From the NCBI GenBank assembly GCA_963733035.1, contig CAVTBU010000005.1:1312001-1376000 (forward strand): 64,000 nucleotides of DNA, written 5' to 3'. A program made the position numbers and the translations under genes. Below, one piece after another: positions 10,645-19,449 of this stretch (position 1 is its first letter; the number at the start of each line of letters is the position of its first letter). The notes beneath the pieces were generated by a model. That model searched no databases. It saw only the letters and a program-made list of their open reading frames with translations, and was not told the origin of the DNA. Source of the stretch: Pirellulales bacterium (GTDB taxonomy: Bacteria > Planctomycetota > Planctomycetia > Pirellulales > PALSA-1355).

Positions 10645-11658
10645 ATGCCGGATTCGATGGACGAAAGTACTTGCGGGAGTGCATTCATCGCCGGCTTCGG
10701 CTCGATTGGCCGGCGACATTTCAATAATCTCCGCGCGCTCGGTTGCCACGACTTCGTCTTTTACCGCACATTTCAAGCAACCATTTCCGATCCGGCCACC
10801 GAGCAGTGGTACTCGACCAATCGCTTGTCCGAGGCCCTCGAGCGCCGACCGCGGATCGCCATCATCTCCAATCCCACGGCCAAGCATCTGGAAGTTGCCA
10901 CCGCGGCAGCGCGGGCGGGCTGCCACCTGTTGATCGAGAAGCCGCTTTCCCATTCGCTCGATGGCTGCCAGCAGTTGGCGGACATTGCCCGCGAGAAGCA
11001 CCTGACCGTGATGATCGGTTGCCAGTTTCGCTTTCACCCGTTGCTGATCAGCCTCCGCCGCCAGATGGCGGCGGGCCGGTTGGGGGAAGTGCTGGGAGCG
11101 CGAGCCGAGTGGGGTGAGTACTTGCCGGACTGGCACCCCTGGGAAGACTACCGCAAAAGTTACAGCGCGCGGGCCGATTTGGGTGGTGGCGTGGTCCTGA
11201 CGCTGATTCACCCGCTCGACTACTTGTACTGGATGTTTGGCCCCGTGCGGCACGTTTCGGCGTCGATTCGCAGCGTACCCAGCCTGCAAACCGTGGCCGG
11301 CGACGACTGGGCCGAGATCACGCTGCAATTCGACACGGGCGTCATTGGTCAGGTACATTTGGATTACGTGCAAAAACCCCCCGTGCATCGGCTGTGTGTG
11401 TGGGGCGATCGGGGCCGCGCAAACTGGGACTTCCACGCGGGAACTCTCGCTTGGCAACCGATCGAGGGTGACGTCGAAGTCGAACGCGTGCCGGAGGGCT
11501 TCGAAAGGAACACCCTTTTCGTCGACGAAATGCGAAGTTTCTTAGCGGCCGTCAGCGCCGGCCGGCCCAGCGAGATTCCGCTGGAAGATGGAATCGCCGT
11601 GCTGGATATTGCGGTTCGAGCCAAACAAGCGGCCCAGCGAGATTCGTGCAGTGCCTGA
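10645..11658 (+). CDS. Gfo/Idh/MocA oxidoreductase (PtmF/ElaA-like)
   Basis: GFGSIGRRH, LIEKPL, YLPDWHPWEDYRKSYSARADLGGGV. Confidence 0.88.
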   Translation: MPDSMDESTCGSAFIAGFGSIGRRHFNNLRALGCHDFVFYRTFQATISDPATEQWYSTNRLSEALERRPRIAIISNPTAKHLEVATAAARAGCHLLIEKPLSHSLDGCQQLADIAREKHLTVMIGCQFRFHPLLISLRRQMAAGRLGEVLGARAEWGEYLPDWHPWEDYRKSYSARADLGGGVVLTLIHPLDYLYWMFGPVRHVSASIRSVPSLQTVAGDDWAEITLQFDTGVIGQVHLDYVQKPPVHRLCVWGDRGRANWDFHAGTLAWQPIEGDVEVERVPEGFERNTLFVDEMRSFLAAVSAGRPSEIPLEDGIAVLDIAVRAKQAAQRDSCSA

Positions 11659-12485
11659 TTCGGTTCCGAAAATGTTCGATCTGACCGACCGTGTTGCCAT
11701 CTTGACGGGCGGCGCCGGCATGCTTGGTCGACAATACACGCGCCACCCTGCTCGAGGCCGGGGCCACTGTGATCGTGGCCGATCTGAACGGCGACCAGGC
11801 CAACGATGCCGCCGCGTCGGCGATCGACGCCGTCGGCGGACAAGCGGTGGGCTGGGGACTTGACGTCCGCCGCAAGGACGACGTTGAGCGGATGGCTCAG
11901 GCCGTCTGCGAACGTTTTGGACGTATTGATATCCTGATCAACAATGCCGCAATCGACCCCAAGCTCGACACCAATCTCGCCGACAAACTGGCCAGTACGT
12001 TCGAGGAGTATCCGCTCGAGTTGTGGCAGCAATCGCTCGACGTGAATCTCACCGGCGCGCTACTGTGCTGCCAGTCCGTGGGCAAGGTGATGCTGGCGGC
12101 CAAACGTGGCGTGGTCGTCAACGTCTGTTCCACGTACGGAGTCGTTGCTCCAGACCAGCGACTTTACAAGCGAGAAGGGGAACAGGAGCAAACGCTGTTC
12201 AAACCGGTGTCGTACGCGGTTACCAAGGCCGGCATTGCGCATCTGACTCGCTACCTGGCCGCGTATTGGGGCGGGAAAGGGATTCGCGTCAACACGCTGA
12301 CGCCCGGCGGTGTCCAGAACACGCAGGATGCCGAGTTCGTCGAACGCTATTCGGCGCGCACTCCGCTGGGGCGCATGGCCGCCGTCAATGAGATGAACGG
12401 CGCAATGCTGTTCCTGGTCTCTGACGCCTCGACGTACATGAACGGCGCGAACCTGGTGGTCGACGGGGGCTGGACCGCATGGTAA
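11651..12485 (+). CDS. SDR oxidoreductase (PtmA-like), apparent frameshift near 11743
   Basis: MFDLTDRVAILTGGAGMLG in one frame joins TLLEAGA..DILINNAA..YAVTK..NLVVDGGWTAW in another. Confidence 0.88.
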
Positions 12486-13711
12486 AGCCTCCGGAAGTGC
12501 TCGCCATCGTGCAAGCCCGCGGCGGATCGAAAGGGTTGCCTCGCAAGAATCTTCGGCTGCTGGCCGGACATCCGCTGGTGGCCTATAGCGTCGCCAGCGC
12601 GCGGGCGGCCAAGGGGGTAACGCGAACGCTGATCTCCACCGATGATGCGGAAATTGCCGAAGTGGCCCAGGCCTATGGAGCGGAAGCGCCTTTCCAACGG
12701 CCTGCCGAACTGGCCGCCGACGACACTCCAGACTTTCCGCTGTTTGAGCACGCGTTGAACTGGCTGGCCGAACACGAAGACTATCGCCCACAAATTGTGA
12801 TTCAGTTGCGTCCGACGACACCGCTGAGACCGCGGGGAATGGTCGACGAGGCGATTGGAATCCTGCACTCCGACCCGGCGGCCGATTGTGTCCGCGGCGT
12901 TACGATCCCCAAACAAACGCCGTACAAAATGTGGCGCGACGGACCCGATGGGACGCTGCTGCCGCTGATGGATACCGAGTTTGCCGAGCCTTACAACATG
13001 CCCCGCCAACACCTGCCGGCCAGTTACTGGCAGACAGGGCACGTGGATGTGATTCGTGCGACCACGATTCTCGAGCAGCATTCCTTGACGGGCCAACGGG
13101 TGCGGCCGATCATGATCGACGTCAATTTTTGCGTCGACATCGATACGCTGGTCGATTTTGACCTGGCCGAGGAGGCAATCCGCAAGAAGCACCTCGACAT
13201 CGACATCCCGCGGCCGGTTGCCGGCGGGATGCTGCGGGGCTGGCCGCAGCCCATCGAACTGTTGGTATTCGACTTCGACGGTGTCTTCACCGACAATCGA
13301 GTCTACGTGTTTGAGGACGGACGCGAGGCGGTCGCATGCAATCGCGGCGACGGCATGGGGCTCGCCATGCTTCGCGATGCCGGTGTGCCGATGGCGGTGC
13401 TGTCGACCGAAACGAATCGCGTGGTCGATTCCCGCTGCCGCAAATTGAAGTTGGAATGCCGGCACGGATTGAGTGACAAGCGGGCGACGCTGGTCGAACT
13501 GGTGCGCGACAAGAACGTGAATATGAGCGGCGTGGTGTATGTGGGCAATGATGTAAACGACGTTGGTTGCATGGAGGCGGCCGGCTTTGCGATCGCCGTG
13601 GCGGACGCTCATCCCGCGGCGCGCGAAAAAGCGGACTTCGTACTTTCCGAGAGGGGAGGAGCCGGGGCCGTGCGAGAATTGTGTGACTTACTCCTGCAAC
13701 GAATGAGGTAA
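12479..13711 (+). CDS. neuA: CMP-nonulosonate synthetase (NeuA family) fused to a KdsC-type HAD phosphatase
   Basis: ARGGSKGLPRKN, LRPTTPLR, VDIDT; C-terminal FDFDGVFTDN, YVGNDVND, GGAGAVRE. Confidence 0.9.
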   Translation: MVKPPEVLAIVQARGGSKGLPRKNLRLLAGHPLVAYSVASARAAKGVTRTLISTDDAEIAEVAQAYGAEAPFQRPAELAADDTPDFPLFEHALNWLAEHEDYRPQIVIQLRPTTPLRPRGMVDEAIGILHSDPAADCVRGVTIPKQTPYKMWRDGPDGTLLPLMDTEFAEPYNMPRQHLPASYWQTGHVDVIRATTILEQHSLTGQRVRPIMIDVNFCVDIDTLVDFDLAEEAIRKKHLDIDIPRPVAGGMLRGWPQPIELLVFDFDGVFTDNRVYVFEDGREAVACNRGDGMGLAMLRDAGVPMAVLSTETNRVVDSRCRKLKLECRHGLSDKRATLVELVRDKNVNMSGVVYVGNDVNDVGCMEAAGFAIAVADAHPAAREKADFVLSERGGAGAVRELCDLLLQRMR

Positions 13712-13719
13712 CCAGGATC

Positions 13720-14610
13720 ATGGCGCGTGTCGTTGAACTGAATGGGCGTCCCGTTGGCGACGGCCACCCGAACTACATCATCGCCGAGATCGGCATCAAC
13801 CATAACGGCAGCCTCGAAATCGCCAAAAAACTGATCGACGTGGCAAAGGCGGCCGGCTGCGATGCCGTTAAGTTTCAAAAGCGAACGCCCGAAAAATGCG
13901 TTCCCGCCGAGATGCGCGACAAGATGCGCGAGACTCCCTGGGGTTACATCTCGTACCTGGAGTATCGCTACAAGGTTGAATTCGGCGTCGAGGAGTTCAC
14001 CCAGATCGACAACTACTGCCGCGCCCAGAAGATTCAGTGGTTCGTCTCGTGTTGGGATCCCGATTCGGTCGACTTCATGAAGCCGTTTAACACTCCCTGC
14101 ATCAAGATTCCCTCGGCTTCGCTGACCGACAAGGAACTGCTGGAGGCCGTGCGTGATTCGGGCCACCCCGTCATGCTTTCGACCGGCATGTCCGATACCG
14201 GTCAGATCGACGCCGCCGTGAAGCTGCTGGGCACCGACAACCTGTTGCTGGCTCACGCCACCAGCACGTACCCCTGTCCCAAGGACGAACTCAACCTGCG
14301 CATGATCACGACCCTGCGGGCACAATACCCCTGCCCAATCGGCTATTCGGGTCACGAAGTTGGCCTGGCCACGACGCTGGCCGCCGTGGCGCTGGGGGCT
14401 TCGTTCCTGGAACGCCACGTCACGCTCGACCGTGCCATGTGGGGCAGCGACCAGGCGGCATCGATCGAGCCGGGTGGTCTGAAACGACTGGTCAAGGATG
14501 TGCGCAACGTCGAGATTGCGTTGGGCGACGGCAAAAAACGCGTCTACGAAAGCGAAGTCATCGCCGCCAGCCGGCTGCGACTGAAAGACACGCTCAACGT
14601 TTCCAAATAG
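13720..14610 (+). CDS. neuB: Nonulosonate synthase (NeuB family), short form without a C-terminal SAF/AFP-like domain
   Basis: IIAEIGINHNGS, DAVKFQKR, LSTGMS, STYP, GYSGHE, ERHVTLDR. Confidence 0.93.
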   Translation: MARVVELNGRPVGDGHPNYIIAEIGINHNGSLEIAKKLIDVAKAAGCDAVKFQKRTPEKCVPAEMRDKMRETPWGYISYLEYRYKVEFGVEEFTQIDNYCRAQKIQWFVSCWDPDSVDFMKPFNTPCIKIPSASLTDKELLEAVRDSGHPVMLSTGMSDTGQIDAAVKLLGTDNLLLAHATSTYPCPKDELNLRMITTLRAQYPCPIGYSGHEVGLATTLAAVALGASFLERHVTLDRAMWGSDQAASIEPGGLKRLVKDVRNVEIALGDGKKRVYESEVIAASRLRLKDTLNVSK

Positions 14611-14690
14611 CACCTTGACGCAAGGCTCGGCCGGCGACGTGTGGAGTGCGCCGTGCTTTCCGAAACCTCTTACGCGAAGCGAGGGTTCTG

Positions 14691-15644
14691 GTGAATCGCG
14701 ATTTTTGGCATGGTAAACGGATCCTGGTGACGGGTGGTTGCGGATTTGTCGGTCGCTGGGTGTGCCGAGCGCTCAAGCCCGCGGAGGTCGAGTTGCATAT
14801 CCTCGACCTGGCGCCGTCGGCTCATCTGGAAGAAAAACACACCTTTCATAAGACCGACTTGCGAGATCTGCAGGCCACGACCGCGCTCATCGACCAGATG
14901 AAGCCCGCCGCGATCATTCACCTGGCGGGCCAACCGGGAGTCGGCTCGTCGCACAACAACCCCGTGGGCGCCTACGAGGCAAACGTGCTGGCAACGTTTA
15001 ATCTCTTGGAAGCCTGCCGCGTCAAGCCGGGCGTGGAAGCCATCGTGGCCGTCTCCAGCAATCACGTTTATGGACAGCAACACAAACTTCCCACGCCCGA
15101 GGACGCGCCCCTCAATGGCGACGGCATGTACGCCGCATCGAAGCTGGCCGGCGACGTGCTGGCCCGGGCCTACGGCAAGACCTACCAGGTTCCCGTGGGC
15201 ATCGCGCGGATGACCAACTCCTACGGAGGCGACGATCACCACGTGGCTCACATCACCACGGCTACCTTACTTTCAGCGCTCAAGAACCAGCGCCCGGTCA
15301 TCAAACAGAGCGGCCGCGACTTGAAGGGCTATCTCTACATTGAGGACACGGCCGAGGGATTGCTGGCCGTGGCCGAAGGCGTGGCCGGGAAGCCAAACCT
15401 GCGCGGCGAGGCGTTCAACCTCGTGCCCAATGAAGCCGTGACGGTAATCGACCTGGTGCGCACGGTGCTCGACGTGGCGGGTTCCAAGCTGGAGCCCGAG
15501 ATTCTCAATCCGGGGGCCCACTACGAGGAAGAACATCTAGACAACACCAAAGCGCGAGAATTGCTGGGGTGGACGCCGGCCCACAATCTGCGGGCCGGTC
15601 TTCAGAAAACCCTCGCGTGGTATCGCGCGCACGGGCAAGCTTAG
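14691..15644 (+). CDS. NAD-dependent epimerase/dehydratase (RfbG/GDP-sugar-like extended SDR)
   Basis: FWHGKRILVTGGCGFVG, IIHLAGQ, YAASK. Confidence 0.85.
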   Translation: MNRDFWHGKRILVTGGCGFVGRWVCRALKPAEVELHILDLAPSAHLEEKHTFHKTDLRDLQATTALIDQMKPAAIIHLAGQPGVGSSHNNPVGAYEANVLATFNLLEACRVKPGVEAIVAVSSNHVYGQQHKLPTPEDAPLNGDGMYAASKLAGDVLARAYGKTYQVPVGIARMTNSYGGDDHHVAHITTATLLSALKNQRPVIKQSGRDLKGYLYIEDTAEGLLAVAEGVAGKPNLRGEAFNLVPNEAVTVIDLVRTVLDVAGSKLEPEILNPGAHYEEEHLDNTKARELLGWTPAHNLRAGLQKTLAWYRAHGQA

Positions 15645-15704
15645 GATCTCTTACACGCTCAATTCTGATCCGCGCCCGATTGCTAAAGGCGTTGTGATCA
15701 AAGC

Positions 15705-17219
15705 ATGCTGAAGAAACTACTCAACCTGCTCTCCGACGCCTCGGTATACGGCCTCAGCTCGATGCTGGCCCGCATCGTGCAGTTCGTGCTGTTGCCGATC
15801 CTGACGAGATACCTCACGACCGCGGATTACGGCACGGTCTTCATGCTGTCGATTTTGTCGACGCTGTTCGGGCCGCTGTCGAACCTGGGCATGACCAATG
15901 CCTTATTCCGGCGTTACAACCTCGACAAGGATCCGGCGAGCCGATCGGAGCTTTTCGCCACCGCGCTAGCCAGCGTCACCATTGGCTCGGTGGTCTTAAT
16001 GCTAATCTGCATGGTTTTCGCCGGACCACTGTCGACCATGCTGCTCGGAAACGCGACGGGGGCCGGCTACGTACGTGTCAGCTTGCTAACCGCCGCCATT
16101 GCCTCGGTCGGGCAGGTACCCTTCGTCACGCTGCGAGCCGCGCGACGAGTCAAAACGGCGGCCGCCATCAATCTTGCCAAGCTGCTGATTTCCGTATCGG
16201 TGACGTTGTGGCTGGTGGTCGTGCTCGAAGCAGGCGTTTGGGGTGTGCTGTTCGGTACGCTCGTTGGCGAAACAAGCGTGCTGCTGGCTCAACTGGCGCT
16301 GACTTTTCGCTCGTTCCTTGCCAAGGCAACCTGGTCTGCTTGGAAGCGAATGTCGTCCTACGGGTTGCCGTTTGTTCCGCATCGAATTCAGGCGGCGGGC
16401 ATCGAGTTGTTTGGGATCTATATGGTTGGCGAAATGCTCGGATTGCAGGCGACCGGCATCTACGGCACCGCCGTGAAACTCGCAGCTCCGGTGACGTTTG
16501 TCGTCGGTGCGATCCAAGCCTCTTGGGTACCCTACAAGTTTCAGATCCATGCCGAAGATCCCAATCCGGCCTCCTTTTTCCAATCCAGCTTTCTCTACTA
16601 CATCGCCGGACTTTCCTACCTGTGGGTGGGCGTTTCGCTGTGGGGCCCCGACGTGGTGCGACTGATGACCGCACCCGAGTACCACGCCGCCACGCACTTG
16701 GTTTGGGCCGTGGCACTCATTCCCGTCTCACAGGGAATTTATTTCATGTGCAGCACGGGAATCGAGCTGAGCGAAGATACGCGGACCTTCCCGCTGGTCA
16801 GCTTGGCTGGCTTGATCGTTGTGGTGACTGGCGCGTTTGCCCTCGTACCGCTGCTGGGCGCCCTGGGTGCGGCATTGGCTACCGTGTCTGGCTGGATCAC
16901 GATGTCGAGCGTGGTTTTCGTGCTTTCGCAGCGACGCTTCCGCATTCATTACGACTGGCCCACGGTGTTCATGTTTATCGCCTTGGCCGCGGCCTTCGTC
17001 GTCGCAGGCATGAACATTCAGGAGCAGTCGCTCGTTCTGCGGTTGGGGTCGCTAACACTGCTCTCGCTATTCTATCCGGTGGTTGGATATTTGTTCCTGC
17101 TACGTTCGCGGCATGAACGCGAACGCATGTCGCTGCTGGCGGCTCGATTGAGAACCGTGCCTGCGCTTGTCAGAGGAATACCAAAACGTCTACGTGGGTC
17201 CGGAGACACCGCTCCATGA
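15705..17219 (+). CDS. wzx: Wzx-type oligosaccharide flippase
   Basis: About 12-14 hydrophobic segments; LLPILTRYLTTADYG start motif, GIYG, GAALAT. Confidence 0.88.
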   Translation: MLKKLLNLLSDASVYGLSSMLARIVQFVLLPILTRYLTTADYGTVFMLSILSTLFGPLSNLGMTNALFRRYNLDKDPASRSELFATALASVTIGSVVLMLICMVFAGPLSTMLLGNATGAGYVRVSLLTAAIASVGQVPFVTLRAARRVKTAAAINLAKLLISVSVTLWLVVVLEAGVWGVLFGTLVGETSVLLAQLALTFRSFLAKATWSAWKRMSSYGLPFVPHRIQAAGIELFGIYMVGEMLGLQATGIYGTAVKLAAPVTFVVGAIQASWVPYKFQIHAEDPNPASFFQSSFLYYIAGLSYLWVGVSLWGPDVVRLMTAPEYHAATHLVWAVALIPVSQGIYFMCSTGIELSEDTRTFPLVSLAGLIVVVTGAFALVPLLGALGAALATVSGWITMSSVVFVLSQRRFRIHYDWPTVFMFIALAAAFVVAGMNIQEQSLVLRLGSLTLLSLFYPVVGYLFLLRSRHERERMSLLAARLRTVPALVRGIPKRLRGSGDTAP

Positions 17220-17851
17220 GGCTTGTATTTCGCGCCCTCCGCGGGCTGCTGGTGCGGCCGATTCGCGAAAAATATCTGTTCTGGGAGGTCGTCACGGAAC
17301 TCGAAAGTCTGGCCAAGATCGGTCTGGGAGTAAATGTCAACGGCCCCGTACATTTCGGTAACCCACAGGGTACGACCCTGAGCGAGGACGTATCGATCAA
17401 CCCCGGCTTCGTATGCAAAGGAGGTGGCCGACTTCACATTGGCGCGCACGCGCATTTTGGCAACCAGGTGACTATTCTCACGCAAAACCATCGATACGAG
17501 GCCGCTGACTCACTTCCCTACGACAAGACAAGAATCAATAAGGGTGTTGTTATTGACGACTGCGTGTGGGTTGGCGAACGAGTGATGATTATTCCAGGCG
17601 TCCATGTGGGCGAAGGGGCGATTCTGGCGGGCGGTTCGGTCGTCACCCGCGACGTGCCGCCGTTGGCCATCGTCGGAGGGGCTCCGGCCCGGGTCATCCG
17701 CTACCGTGATCCCGAAGCCTATGAGTCGCTCAAAGCCGCCGGCCGCTTTGTCAATTGGCCTCGCGACTTCGACCTGGTTAATCGACGGCGAATCCAATTG
17801 CGTAGAACGCACGTGGACGAAAGCGCTACGCCACAGCATGGCTCCATCTGA
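17216..17851 (+). CDS. Hexapeptide-repeat O-acyltransferase
   Basis: VIDDCVWVGERVMIIPGVHVGEGAILAGGSVVTRDVPPLAIVGGAPARVI. Confidence 0.9.
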   Translation: MRLVFRALRGLLVRPIREKYLFWEVVTELESLAKIGLGVNVNGPVHFGNPQGTTLSEDVSINPGFVCKGGGRLHIGAHAHFGNQVTILTQNHRYEAADSLPYDKTRINKGVVIDDCVWVGERVMIIPGVHVGEGAILAGGSVVTRDVPPLAIVGGAPARVIRYRDPEAYESLKAAGRFVNWPRDFDLVNRRRIQLRRTHVDESATPQHGSI

Positions 17852-19400
17852 TTCCCCAACAGCACCGGCGGGCTCGGCGGCAGTCAGCCACGAGGCCGTT
17901 CTCCGCTGGCTGGACAAGGCCCGAGTGTCCATGGCCGAGCAGCCGTTTGCGGAGCTCTTTGAATGTGCCAACGTCGATGCCATCGACGTCATGTTCGGGG
18001 AGCTCTATCTGGCGGTACTGGCCGCGGTGCGGCACGGCCCCGCACGTCCCCCGTCGCTGCCACGCCAGGCGATCGCTTCGGCACGCAACTGGGCCTATCA
18101 GGCCAAAATGACGTTGCGCGAAAGGGCCGCTTGCCGGCTGGCGACGCCTCCCACCGCGGCCGACTTTTTGCTCTGGTCGCGAGACTTTACCCATGCAAAT
18201 GTCCTCGTACCCGTGGCTCGGGCGCTGGCTTCGCAGGGCGCGAAATGCCAATGGCTGGCTTGTCAGCCGAGAGCGGTTGAGGAACTACTTAGTTGCGGCG
18301 TCCAGACAGCTTACACCGTGGCTGCGTGGCCGGAAGTCGCTCGTGCCGCGCGGCGCGCGGGAGCTCAACGGGCGCGGGAGTTGTCTCGCACCCAACACTG
18401 GAATCTGCCCGACTTCGACGAAGTGCCCGGCTCGAACCTCGAACATCCTCTCCGCGACGCGATCTGCACGATGCTGCCGATCGTCGCGGAAGCGGTGGCG
18501 AACTCGCAGGAAGCGCTTCGCCGCGTGCAACCCAAGGCCTTGATCGTGGGCAACGACCTAACCATCGAGGGACGCGCCGGCTGCCGCGTGGCCGAGACCC
18601 AAGGCGTGCGCACGGCCGTGTTCATGCACGGCTCGATCAGCGGCATACCAACCCAATCTCACCACTGCACCGACCGGATCTTCGTGTTTGGAGAATTTCA
18701 CCGCCACGAACTCCTCGAACGAGGAATCCCAGATCAACGAATCGTCGTGTGCGGCGACCCCAAGCTGGACGACCGCCAGCGGCAGACCGGCAAGATTCAC
18801 CCGCAGCTCAAGACCCGCTTCGGCCTGAGCGACGGCGCGCCTTGGATCCTCGTTGCCACCAGCGGGCCAGGGCATCGCGTGTCGCACCGACATCATGCGC
18901 AGATTGTGGCCGGCCTGTTCGATTTGGCCCGAGCAGTACCCGAGGTGCCGATTGTGGTGAAGCTGCATCGCAAGGATCGTCTCGAATACTATCAATCGCG
19001 CCTCGATTCCGCCGCTGATTCGCGTGTTCAGGTGGTACCGTTCGGAACGCCCGGCCTGCCATCCGACATTTTTGACTGGCTGCAGGGCTGCAGCCTGGTG
19101 CTGACCGGTGCGTCAACGACCGCGACCGAGGCAATGGTGATGGACGTTCCGGTGGTTACAATGGATTATTGTGGCGAGCTTTATCACATCGACTTCATCG
19201 ACGCCGGCGCGACGGTCCACGTGACGACTCCCGCCGAACTCGTGGCGGCCGTCCCGGACGTTCTTGCCAGCGGCCGGCTGCCCGACGCCACGGCGGCCCG
19301 CATGCAAGAATTCCTCAAAGGCACTTTCGGCGCTTTGGACGGCAAGTCGTCCGAGCGTGCCGCCAGCTCGCTCCGCGAGTTGGCTGGCATCGCACCATGA
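17838..19400 (+). CDS. Putative GT-B glycosyltransferase, candidate nonulosonate transferase
   Basis: FMHG, VFGE, CGDPKLD, VKLHRKD, GASTTATEAMVMDVPV resemble the HP and S(S/T) motifs of CMP-ulosonate transferases; located beside neuA/neuB. Confidence 0.55.
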   Translation: MAPSDSPTAPAGSAAVSHEAVLRWLDKARVSMAEQPFAELFECANVDAIDVMFGELYLAVLAAVRHGPARPPSLPRQAIASARNWAYQAKMTLRERAACRLATPPTAADFLLWSRDFTHANVLVPVARALASQGAKCQWLACQPRAVEELLSCGVQTAYTVAAWPEVARAARRAGAQRARELSRTQHWNLPDFDEVPGSNLEHPLRDAICTMLPIVAEAVANSQEALRRVQPKALIVGNDLTIEGRAGCRVAETQGVRTAVFMHGSISGIPTQSHHCTDRIFVFGEFHRHELLERGIPDQRIVVCGDPKLDDRQRQTGKIHPQLKTRFGLSDGAPWILVATSGPGHRVSHRHHAQIVAGLFDLARAVPEVPIVVKLHRKDRLEYYQSRLDSAADSRVQVVPFGTPGLPSDIFDWLQGCSLVLTGASTTATEAMVMDVPVVTMDYCGELYHIDFIDAGATVHVTTPAELVAAVPDVLASGRLPDATAARMQEFLKGTFGALDGKSSERAASSLRELAGIAP

Positions 19401-19449
19401 AACAATCAAATCCCTATCGACGGCGAGCACGGCTCGACTCGGCTGAACC

